Shown here: positions 51,701 to 60,200 of the stretch, piece after piece
Layout: every line of letters starts with the position of its first letter
Numbering within the stretch: the first letter of the stretch is position 1
DNA from: Amphiscolops sp. MND2022
Taxonomy: Eukaryota
Assembly (NCBI GenBank): GCA_964187785.1
Contig: OZ076410.1
Coordinates: 95,418,001 to 95,482,000 of the forward strand
Direction: 5' to 3'
DNA length: 64,000 nucleotides
Made by a program: the position numbers and the translations under genes
The notes under the pieces: generated by a model
Told to the model about the DNA's origin: nothing
Databases searched by the model: none
Seen by the model: only the letters and a program-made list of their open reading frames with translations

Positions 51701-54700
51701 GTATATTTGGTGTTTCTGCACAGGTTCTCTTTCAGTTGGGCGAGTGTTAGCGTAGGACGCAAATTTTGCTCGGCCGGAAGTAGCAAGTGTATGGAAATGA
51801 GGGTTTCTGTGCAGTCTTGTGCGGGTGCTTCTAGTTTCGTTAGTACTTGTTTCTCATCACAGGCGATTACGATCGGGCGCGATGGTCCTCCGGCCTCAGC
51901 TACTGAAAGTACTCTAACTTGATCGTCTTGTCTTGTACCATCGAACTGGTTGGTTAGTAGGGCGTACCACGGTGCTCTAACTTGTTCCTCCTGTCTTATG
52001 TTTTCTGGTGGCATGCATTCTGATGCTGAGTGTTCAGTGCGACCGCAATTGATGCAAAAGGCGACGATTCCTCGCACCGGTAACGACGCTGGGAAGACCT
52101 CATGATTCATTCCATATGGCTGCGACGGACAAGTCCATCCTCCTGATGGGTTCGTGTGACAGGAAATTACCAGTTGTTGTAGTGGTTTTTGCGCGCGATC
52201 TTTCAACGGGCAGTCGCCCACGAAATGCGATGGATCGTCGCAATTGAAACATGCTCCGAGGGTTGTTGTCGTTACGCCGCTGGGTGTTGAGTTGAGGCAG
52301 TTGTGGCATGTTTTGCGCGGACGGGGGCTATTGGGGCTTGGTTCTGTGGCTGGTTGGCGTGCAGAGGCTGCCGTTGCTGTTGAGGTGCCATTGGGTAGTT
52401 CTCTCCACGGGAGGAGACGCTCATGCGTGCGTATTGCTGGACGGAGTGCTTCGACTGTTGGTGGTGCCTCCACGTACAGTTCTGGTTCATACATAAGCGC
52501 AAGTTTTCGTTTTAGCTCAAAGTTACGCATTCCTTTAATGAACCGCTGCATGATCTCATAACGCCTGACGGCTACTTCCTCGTTTGGATAGCCTTGACTG
52601 CAAAAGCCCTCAAGGGCATCGAGATACTGCATCTAGTCTTCCTCATTATTTTGATTGCGGGTTCTAAACTATTGCTGTATGTGACTCTTGCTGGATCCCG
52701 TTCCGAATCTGTGTACCAGTAGCGCGAAGTCTTTCTCGTCCGTATCCCTCTCCGCCTCGGACTTGTTGGTGATGTAATCCCTTGCTTCGAGTACATACGT
52801 AACAACTTACTTATTGTATCCTCAACTGTAGTCCCAAATCCCTGAAGTATTATATTAAAAAGGGGAATGAAGTAGAAAAGTAATTTATTTAACATCATCC
52901 TCAGATGCAGTAAAATAGTCTACGGAAATATTAAACAAGTACCTGTCATAATACAAAGTTTCATTCGCCAATACAGTTGTTATTGCCACTTTCTTCCATT
53001 CTGCCAGTCTTATCTAAAACGTTAACAGTGAACTACGTGGACCATCTAGTCAGACTAAGTTTCTCAGAAACTACCAAAATGCATAGAAATAAAATTTTTT
53101 TGAACATTAGTGTGTGAATTTTCCTTAATACAATTAGAAGATTGAACGAGGCTACTTTGGCACTTGAATTCTTTGAAGAACCTCGAAGCTTGTTCCAAAA
53201 TAGGTTGAAACTGGGACCCTGGCAATATGGGTTTAGCTTGTATTAAAGTAAAATTCTTGGTAAGTAGGAATTGCATCTGACCTTTAAACCAAAAATTAAA
53301 AACATTGTTTTGGTAAAACCAACTTTTTCATATTACGTCTCACTTTTTTCTAACGTACCATCTGATTGCTTCAGAGAATCCAACTTAAAACTCTAACTCT
53401 CAGCATTTTTCCTCCACTTTCGTGAAATATCTATGTTCAAAGGGTGTTTAAGCTTCTAATAAAACACAAGGAAGTTTTGGAGAAAATGAAATCGTTCATC
53501 CGACTGAAGACACACAATTTCTAGCTTGATTCAATCAATGCCGCCGCAAGGAGAAAACAAACTGTGAAATTAACACTCCATGAACAGAGCAGAACTTGAT
53601 TTGGTGGCAGTGAAAAAATCACAAAAAACACTTGGACTAAAAATTGTTCAATTGTAAAAAACACTAGATCTGTGAAAGCTGAGGTTAAACACGAAGGGCC
53701 ATCAGTTCACCTTTTGATCCTACCAGTTACGGCATGTTGAATTTGAGCTGAAAACGTTTAGGTTTTTATTGGTAGTTCGAAGTTAATTTCACCGTGTTTG
53801 ATAATGCTGAAATATGATAAAGTTAACTTACATGTTCCGGAACCACTTTCCCAGAAAGAAAAAAAAGTGTGGAGAGCAGCTGAACTCAAGTCGAGGTTAT
53901 ACGTTGTTGGACCGTCATTGTCGCAATACCACTTGGAAGTTTGCGTCCACGACATTGGCGTGCTAGGGCAGTCTAGGACAAAGGAAGAGCAATTTTGTTT
54001 TAGTTCAAACGATGTTACCAGAATCTCTCGAAAAACTGTGTCGATTCGTTGTGCTGACAGTTCGTTTGGAAAGGTTTGATTGTGCTCGACTAGATCGAAG
54101 GTCCAATATTGGACTTCGATATAACATACTTAAGAGTCCCCTAAGAACTGACTGATAACACCCGAAGTCACTAGTGGAATTTTTCGAAGCCCAATACCCT
54201 TTTCATGAGCGTTTGACAAAAATAAGGAGTGGAAATTTAGTGATTGTAATGGTGTTTTTCTTCGAAATCAAATAAAAACTACCAAAGATCTAATACTGAG
54301 AACTTTTCTGAATTCACCTTCACAAAAACTGTATGCTTTCAGGATGCTGGAATCCGTTGACAAACTTCAACATTATGTCGAGACATCCAATTGTCGAAAG
54401 TGTTTGTACAAAAAAACTTTTGTCAAGTCGTACATATAAGATTTATTGTGAATACCTGTGGATAAAAAATTTGCACTACTGCTATGATGTTTCCTAATTC
54501 AGTATTAAACAATTCACCATTTTCTTGGAAACGGCACGTTCTTTAAATCAAGACTAATCAGAGGAATTGGTTGGAGATGGTTTCAAAACGAACAAGTCGA
54601 GAGGCTTCTGTAGCAATTCTGTTACCAGCCAATTTGACGTGGCAGTACTTATTCAATGCAAAAAAATTCTTACGTTGTGGGACTTTAGACCCATAGCAAA

Positions 54701-54758
54701 ATTCTACCAGAGCGCAGATAAACACCACAGATAGGAGCATCATGTTCAGCTTCGCCAT
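9561..54758 (-). CDS. Multi-exon host gene: secreted, probably GPI-anchored protein of unknown family (partial model)
   Basis: Signal-peptide first exon, phase-compatible GT-AG exons in three clusters, and a last exon with a Thr/Gln stalk, small-residue omega region and hydrophobic tail. Linking the clusters is an inference from phase and strand. Confidence 0.6.
9670..9732 (-). repeat. 18-bp coding tandem repeat (about 3.5 units) encoding QTTGQ(Q/P)
   Basis: TAGTCTGCTGTTGACCTG-like unit repeated on the plus strand. Confidence 0.9.
10100..10186 (-). CDS. Host exon YDEMVGATDGQSQNMAGPEVQDVCNNVYE (phase 0-0)
   Basis: TTATAG acceptor, GTAAAT donor, 87 nt, open. Confidence 0.75.
10242..10340 (-). 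CDS. Host exon FRRFLITSLELTITQLMDQIPPISTEHERKVSL (phase 0-0)
   Basis: TTTCAG acceptor, GTAGGT donor, 99 nt, open; followed by a 55-nt intron. Confidence 0.75.
10560..10735 (-). CDS. Host exon (D)ASDSKFPSTTEIL...FYMSAAR (phase 1-0), duplication copy 1
   Basis: TTTTTACAG acceptor, GTTAGT donor, 176 nt, open. Confidence 0.8.
10827..10942 (-). CDS. Host exon FHLLTNEQRNEAF...EFKQAF (phase 2-1), duplication copy 1
   Basis: CCTTAG acceptor, GTAAGA donor, 116 nt; joins the next exon in frame across a 91-nt intron. Confidence 0.75.
11340..11466 (-). mobile_element. tRNA-derived SINE with a CORE-like segment (copy at 16730-16856)
   Basis: A box TGGCGTAGTGG (11447-11457) and B box GGTTCGAACC (11404-11413), then GCCCTTAAGCAAGTCCTT. 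A second CORE-like motif GACCTTGAGCAAGTCACTT lies at 11251-11269. Confidence 0.7.
11635..11762 (-). CDS. Candidate host exon CVIDVLKFLLNKDVTWIG...FRTL (copy 2 at 17025-17152)
   Basis: CATAG acceptor and strong GTAAGT donor, open. The downstream in-phase partner exon was not resolved. Confidence 0.4.
11985..12223. mobile_element. Fragment of a MITE-like element with AAGGGTCCCCC subrepeats (copy at 17375-17613)
   Basis: Subrepeats and the end AGCACCGACT match the terminus of the 49761-50430 insertion. Confidence 0.55.
12870..13585 (-). mobile_element. 5'-truncated non-LTR retrotransposon with restriction-like endonuclease (CRE-like clade)
   Basis: GLRLG...HGLSC zinc-knuckle region; EPRGL..DGKRPDG.T..PW..GKQLVWDV...E..K..NY RLE motifs. 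Confidence 0.88.
14218..14554 (+). repeat. 5' LTR of the G-depleted element (duplicated copy, followed by truncated internal sequence to 15893)
   Basis: TG...CA ends; similar to 25494-25853. Confidence 0.7.
15950..16125 (-). CDS. Duplicated host exon (D)ASDSKF...MSAAR, copy 2
   Basis: Same sequence and splice sites as 10560-10735. Confidence 0.7.
16217..16332 (-). CDS. Duplicated host exon FHLLTNEQRDEAF..., copy 2
   Basis: Splice sites intact; one N-to-D change relative to copy 1. Confidence 0.7.
18260..18975 (-). mobile_element. Duplicate of the CRE-like RLE retrotransposon fragment
   Basis: Same translation at +5390. Confidence 0.88.
19608..25853 (+). mobile_element. Decayed LTR retrotransposon with two LTRs (19608-19944, 25494-25853) and a strongly G-poor internal region
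   Basis: Direct terminal repeats about 5.9 kb apart; only faint gag/RT-like remnants internally. Confidence 0.7.
23945..24534. mobile_element. piggyBac-type MITE (590 bp)
   Basis: TTAA|CCTCGACAGTAC ... GTACTGTCGAGG|TTAA: perfect 12-bp TIR with a TTAA target duplication; no transposase. Confidence 0.9.
25928..25999 (-). CDS. Host exon LQFRTYREIDGYFYDEIHAFPIEL (phase 0-0)
   Basis: CTCTCTGTTTTCAG acceptor, GTGAGT donor, 72 nt, open. Confidence 0.75.
26172..26254 (-). CDS. Candidate host exon TVIDVVVFPMLDTFSNLQSADQDALVR (phase 1-0)
   Basis: AATAG acceptor (weak tract) and GTAAAT donor; phases fit both neighbouring exons. Confidence 0.5.
26689..27390 (-). pseudogene. 3' end of a LINE ORF2 (RT thumb and C-terminus; CR1/L2-like), 5'-truncated
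   Basis: VKYLGFFLDQNLTF, SHLQYSAILL, LWNTLP motifs. Confidence 0.88.
27675..29025 (+). repeat. ~1.35-kb diverged direct repeat, copy 1 (copy 2 at 31511-32837)
   Basis: Collinear similarity from TCAATATCACTT to GATATGA. Confidence 0.9.
27675..32837 (+). mobile_element. Decayed Polinton/Maverick-like accessory and structural gene block
   Basis: Minor-capsid-like KSDCVEGSIGNG...FSFNFNAPPGNKI; AKNVGKKILNNSGRALE; VPSDPD...VDKLLKNECIT near 30715-30860. No pPolB, integrase or ATPase seen. Confidence 0.55.
33015..34200 (+). mobile_element. 5' leader and gag-start fragment of a Gypsy-like element; paralogue at 38905-39960
   Basis: 33580-33950 aligns with 38990-39340; each copy is followed by a GSG-containing gag-like start. 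Confidence 0.5.
34225..38291 (-). mobile_element. Internally deleted Ty3/Gypsy element B (gag, protease, Pol tail fragments)
   Basis: Gag start MSQSQPASK (38225); CGKPYKTEDCW knuckle remnant; protease LVDSGA...IIGLNFM (36324-36929); RT, RNase H and integrase absent. Confidence 0.8.
38277..38750 (-). repeat. 5' LTR end and primer-binding site of element B
   Basis: Minus strand reads ...GTCGTAACA|TGGTGACAGGAG; LTR 3' end at 38292. The far LTR boundary is uncertain. Confidence 0.6.
40386..41016 (-). repeat. 3' LTR (631 bp) of element C
   Basis: Perfect 10-bp terminal inverted repeat TGTAACGTCC...GGACGTTACA; polypurine tract GGATCGGGGTGGA immediately upstream on the minus strand (41017-41029). 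Confidence 0.88.
41650..45433 (-). pseudogene. ORF3 of element C: large non-Env protein, frameshifted
   Basis: Long same-strand open segments 42054-42791, 42806-43777, 43716-43925 and 44155-44595, with an ATG at 45433. Confidence 0.65.
45760..47196 (-). pseudogene. Orphan post-integrase domain of element C
   Basis: YKCGTCGSRNC (47164-47196); RCITAHQLWDRCRV...WWQLVT; RTVWQD; TDILQASG. Confidence 0.75.
47609..48420 (-). pseudogene. Integrase, element C
   Basis: IIDHFTKFAEA, QFNNAANF, PRGNGLVKRQNRTL, VLGAYN. Confidence 0.9.
48581..50600 (-). pseudogene. RT and RNase H, element C, split by a MITE
   Basis: VMVKK|KTGELRFCCDFRPLN, LGFAGYYR, LDTDASA, KLEMYA. Confidence 0.9.
49761..50430. mobile_element. 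670-bp MITE-like insertion inside the RT
   Basis: Interrupts VMVKK/KTGE within a T run; imperfect TIR AGTCGG...CCGGCT; internal AAGGGTCCCCC(T)TTCA subrepeats. Confidence 0.75.
51361..52800 (-). pseudogene. gag of element C with two CCHC zinc knuckles and a trailing protease-like domain
   Basis: CFNCDDPSHFVGDC and CINCGRTEHSASEC. Confidence 0.88.
52811..52841 (-). CDS. Candidate host micro-exon GFGTTVEDTI (phase 0-1)
   Basis: ATACTTCAG acceptor and GTAAGT donor. Confidence 0.5.
53711..53747 (-). CDS. Host exon (S)QIQHAVTGRIK (phase 1-2)
   Basis: CGTTTTCAG acceptor and GTGAAC donor; in phase with the upstream exon across an 84-nt intron. Confidence 0.55.
53832..54089 (-). CDS. Host exon (L)EHNQTFPNELSAQRID...WYCDNDG...WESGSGT (phase 1-1)
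   Basis: 258 nt, open; CTAG acceptor, GTAAGT donor; phase matches exon 1. Confidence 0.6.
54674..54758 (-). CDS. First coding exon with signal peptide MAKLNMMLLSVVFICALVEFCYG-SKVPQ
   Basis: ATG, basic n-region, hydrophobic core, CYG cleavage-like site, GTAAGA donor (phase 1). Confidence 0.7.
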
Positions 54759-57239
54759 TGTCCGAAATGAACCTAGAAAAAAAGGAGTTATTGCTACTTT
54801 TGCTTCAAGTCGAAAAAAAACATGGATTCACAGTGTTTACAATTAGGAGTTTACTATGACCTGAAAACGTTTTGTGGGCATTCGAATTACTTTGACGCCT
54901 TTTTAACACCGTTTTAGCAACTTTTGTTTTGGATTTCAAGAGGGAAAAAACCAAAAAAAAACAAAAGCAACATTAAAAGGCAATACAGAATGTATCAATT
55001 CTCGTTTGCTACTGCACTGCAAACCGCTGTTAGAACCGAGTTAGGAACAACAGAGTTGACAAAAACTTCCATTGGTTGTGAAAAACTCGAAGGTTTTGGT
55101 CCTGTCGCAAAAAAAACGCTTGCTTCAACTGATGTGCTTTTAAATGGAACTTGAGGACTATGTGAATGTAACGGCATCCAGTGACCAACGAACTTTTGGC
55201 AGTTTTTGAAAAAAATCGTTCAAATCTGACGTGGCATCCTGAGCATGATTTTGACGAAATACCGAAACACGGCTGAGAACAGATCGAAAAATCCGCCCGT
55301 GAGAAGAGCGATACTACAGAGTACAACGGCAGTGTATTGTAGCCAAAAACGCACCAAAACCAAGAATCAAGTATTTTTTGGCTGCAAACCCAGTGTTCCA
55401 GATGAAGTCTTGAAGAATCTGCCCGTGCCCGGGGTCGTGCTCAGTTCGAGCGCTGGTGCCTCAACGACCTGACTTACACTATTCCACCGAACTGGACTGA
55501 ATTATTGTAATTGATGTGTTGTTTGATGTATTTAGATTGTAATATAATAGCGGACTTTTGTTATTTCATCGATTGTCACATTTACCTGGTATAGATTCCC
55601 ACTGGAGCATGGTTTCCAAAATATATGGCCCACCGGTATCGAGCGCCTAGTTTTGACTGTGGAAAAAAGATTGGAGAATCGGAGCTTTGCTTCTTTTTTT
55701 ACGAAAGTATGTATTCTTGTTGGAACGGAATAGATTCAGAAAAGCTTTAAATAAGGAAAAACACCATTTTAGACCGAAACCGGACTGTCCTAATATCAGG
55801 GTCGAGTCATCGATTTGATACCCAATTACCACCATAACAAACATTGGTGAGCCCAAAACTTTGGTGAGCCTAGGACTAGCCAAAGTCGAGAAACGCTCTC
55901 TGACGTTTCGACGAGCCAAAAAAGCCGAAAAAAAACAAAACTACAATACCCAGAGTGCCTTATACTTAACGGGCACATCTAATTGAGGGCTTGTGGCAGT
56001 GCTTTCGTCAGTGGGGCAACACGTTGGCCCTATTTTGCCTACCGTAACATTTGTAGTGTTGGCCCTCTTAGCTAATTTGTGAAAAAAAGCCAAAACAAAC
56101 TTTTTTCTGAAATCCCAGAGCAGTCAGTTCCCAGATAAAATCCCTGGTAAGCTCTCGAGCTTCAAGTGGACCATCGAGTCAGCATTTCGGGTGTCGACTG
56201 GCAGTGCCCACCAAGTTTTTTGCCGATTGATGCATTAGTTGTTGAGAAGTTAACCAACACGCACTGCACAAAAGGAGGGGCAAAAAGGCAAATTTTTCGA
56301 AGTTTTTGGAAATGCTCTGACACCTTATCTAGGTGGTGGGAATATATTGCAGTCCAACAACGTAATTTGGGCTGGTTGTGCACTGTTAGCAAAAAAAATC
56401 AGGCTGCTAGCTCATAACGGTGCTCCGGAGTTGTACGACAATGTGGAATTTGGTTCCTATTGATACATAGGGGTACCGCACGTCTGTACCGAGGTGAAAC
56501 AGTGAAACAACGTACAAGCATCTGACTTGGAATCGGTGCTCAATTCCGTGTACCTACGTGGATGCAGGGTCCCTGATCAATTTTGTGCCAGATTTGTGAC
56601 GAATACGAAAATGCAAAATTTGTTTAAAACGTTTTGTGTTTGTCTAAGAGAAAACGTGTCTTTACACAAAGCGCTACTGGGCTTGTGGGTTGGTAAGAAC
56701 TGCCTGAGTGAGTGTGAGCTCGCTACAATTCTTAGAAGTGATTTCGACCCATTTGAATCGTGCATGTCGTGTTTTTTGGTGTAAGTTCCCACCGAAACGA
56801 CTCGAGGTTGCGTGTCGTCTAGAGGCCTCTTTCAGGTTTGTCGCCAACAGTCCTAAACTATTTCAGGCGTGTCCGTGAGAACAGATTAGTGACTTGCTGA
56901 CCAATTGCAGCGCTACAAGTGGTATCGGTGGTGTTGAATTAAGCTTGGCAGTACGATTAGTAGTCATCACTTGACGTGTTTGGCATTTTGTCAGCTTGCA
57001 AAATGTTATGGGCAGGTGCTGTATCTAGGCTTGGATCACTGCTGAAGCGTCGTTCGGGTAGCAACACGGCATTGACTGACCCTGTGTTGCCAGAAACGAC
57101 CGAAACTAGCAAAACCTGTGAACTGAGTTCGCTGCAACGTGAAAGTTCAAGCAGCAATGGTGACCTGAATCTGCAGGTGTTGCCGTTTCTGAAGTCGTCA
57201 ATGAATGGCTCACTTTTTTCAGGAGCCATATCATATCTG

Positions 57240-60200
57240 ATTGAGTAACCACCGAACAGCAAAGAAAAAAGGAGCAGGACGCTATGGCACCTGTACGGGA
57301 GCATTCGCCAGTTTCCGAAGTGTTAATCCGTACCGAGCAGTGGATTCAAGATTCGCGGGTGGGTTAACTCTGTCACCTCGCGCTAAAGAAATTTGGTACA
57401 GTTCTAATGTAACCACTGAACAAGATGCTGGGGGTGCTCGAGAGCACCCGATGAAGCCAGTCAACCAAGCAGCAAAGACACAGACTTCCATCTTAGAAAG
57501 TATGACGTATGTGTTTGGCATGAACTATGCTAAGCATCGCCTGGAGGAAGCCATTCGACCAAAGGTTTTCGGAAAACACAAGCAAGTGCGAGCACCAACA
57601 ATGTGGGGAATGTAAGACTTCAACGCGAGCTGCCTATGGAAGTGAAACTTGCCGAGTTTAACACCCAGATGAATGCGCTGAGTGCAGCGGCCAGAGGGGA
57701 CAAACCAAAGCCTGATGTCTTTATGACTGATATTAAGGTGGTGCGTGAACGCACCACTGGCCCTCCACTGACGATAAAAAGGAGCCCTGAAACTGTCACT
57801 AAGGCTCCCACACCGCCAACAGTATTCAAGAAACCTGCGATTGTGCAAGTATGTGCACATAGCACTTCAAGTGCTACGTTATTGCCCTCTCAGGCCAGTG
57901 TGTTGACACGCACTCAGATTAGGGGAGTGGATCCTATCACTTTGGATTAATCTTTTTTAGACTTGACCGATACCAAGGCTACTGTTGGATCTCATGCCAG
58001 TAGTGTAGAGGATAACAACTTCGCTACTAATCGAGTGCCGATGAGAGGCAACGGGCGGCCAAACCTTGCGCTAGTAGCGCTCGTAAAAACCCGCTTGATG
58101 TGGGACTTATCTGTTCAGGCCACCAAGGGAAGCATGTGTAATTCACCTGCATGCAGCCAGGATGGTGGTGCCATCCCCCCGGAACAGTTGCGGTTCAAAA
58201 CGGCCAAATATCCAAAGCCATGTCCAAGGAGTTAGCGCCTGCTGGATATTGGTAATGCGCCAAGATTTGCAGCACACTCAAGTCCGAGCGACTCATGATG
58301 ATAAACTTTTCAGTATTTTTGGTCATCTGGAAGGTGAGGCGCGCTTTTATAACATCAACAAAGCGGAGTCCGAACGCCTGATAAAGTATTCCAGTGACTG
58401 GCAAGCCGATTTGGTACTGAAGGCAAGTGCATGCAAGTAGGGCAAGCCTTCATGTCTCGCTACAATTTGGAAAAAAAGACTGGATGCAACATTTTGGATG
58501 CATTGGAAGGGCTGCGAAGTCAAGAATTTCCTTATGAGTCTATCAATTTTTAGCGTTTCGAAATCCTGCAGCGCTTTATCGAAGGAGTTCGTGATCCTAC
58601 CTTGCGATGTGAGTTATCCATTATCTATGCGTCTGAAGCTACTGTGACTGCCCCGCCAATTGTAGAACTCGTCAGTTACATCGAAATCGCCCAAACAACC
58701 TCATCAACTTTATAATCCCCGATATACTATGAGGTCGAGACCATTGCCATCCAACAATTTAGTACTTCTACAAGGAATGCACCTGTGATCCTGCGGCTGC
58801 ACCACCTGCCGTGTGCGCGCCAATGGGTGCATGCTACAAATGTGGGCGAACAGGTCATTTCCAACCGTGATCAGGCCGCAAGCAGCAGGTCCACAGTAGC
58901 TCAGAGCCGACTACCTTTGATCCTCAGGGTTGCACTCTGATGTCTATTCAATCGATGCTGGCCGCTGACCAACAGCAGCGCCCTGGTTTGACTTTGCAAA
59001 AGCTCTGGGTGGAGTTGGCGGCGCAGTACTAAAAGTGCGTCCGGAGGAGTGGTATACTCCGGGAGAGTCTCCTACGCCGACTATGTATTCTCCTGTGCTT
59101 GTGTGTGCTGCTCTGGAGATGGGGCAGACATGAACTTTGAGGCGTGTGTGGTTGCGGATATTTCCCCGTGGGATTTTGTTGGGTCCTCTGGAGTTTTGTA
59201 TCTACAATATCAGTCGACAGGAACCTATCAGCGATGCCCCGATCGATGAACGTGCGTCGTTTCACTACAACGACGCCTGATTGACACCGATTCTGGAGTG
59301 TCTATAATGTCATTCTCTGCCTTGAACCGCAGTCCAGACTGTCGCAATGCTGAAGCCAGTACCGGATAGACTTGTACCCAGCTAACGGTAAAACCATCGT
59401 AACTTTGGTATGGTGGAGCGTCTGCGCTTCCAATTGGGTGGTTACGAGCTTGAAACCAACTTTCTGGTGCCGGATGAGGCCATGGGTGCGGAGGATATTC
59501 TGTTGGGCCGGACTTTTTCGATGGCCTACCAGGTCCTAGAAGACCTAACTTCTATGAAAAAGGTGATGCGAGCACCAGCAGAACCTGTTTGGTACCACAC
59601 GAAAACTCAGGTTGGTAATCCTAATTTAGCGGTCCCAGCTGCTCAGGACCAATTCCTAGTTTTGCAACCTTTTGAGCGCATGGTGGTGCGAGCCACGGTG
59701 GTCACTAACAACCTAGAACCACTAATGTTCCAGAAGGAAGTGTTAACGCTTCCATTGCGGACGCGTGTATCGAATATGTTTTCTTTTTAGAGGACTGTGC
59801 GCTGCTGATGGAGAGGCAGGACACATCTTTGCTAGCATCATAAACCATTTCAGTAACCCTCAGTGTGTGCGCGGGGTACCCACTTGGGCACCGTGGTACC
59901 TGTGGCGTTGGAGTACCGCACCATTCCACAGAAGTTGACGAGTGCCACAGATACAAAAACGGATGTCGGCAATGACCACTCTACCAATCAGGTTTATAAA
60001 GTTTAAGAACCCATGAACTTATATACCGAGTCAGAACATACTTGTGGTCTGACTTCGAGTTTTTGTTCTCCACTGTCGCGAGTGAGGAAGGCCTCTCAGA
60101 CCATGAAAAAAGGAAGCGCATAGACCCCGAGCTGATGGCTCCAATACCAGGGCCTGAGTTCCAGCCCTAGGAGATCATGGACCTGTGGGGCCCTGAAGCG

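Larger units (their letters stand above)
40386..52800 (-). mobile_element. Large Ty3/Gypsy element C (5'-truncated) with ~6.5 kb between integrase and 3' LTR
   Basis: Order gag, protease, RT, RNase H, integrase, orphan domain, ORF3, PPT, LTR. Confidence 0.9.
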
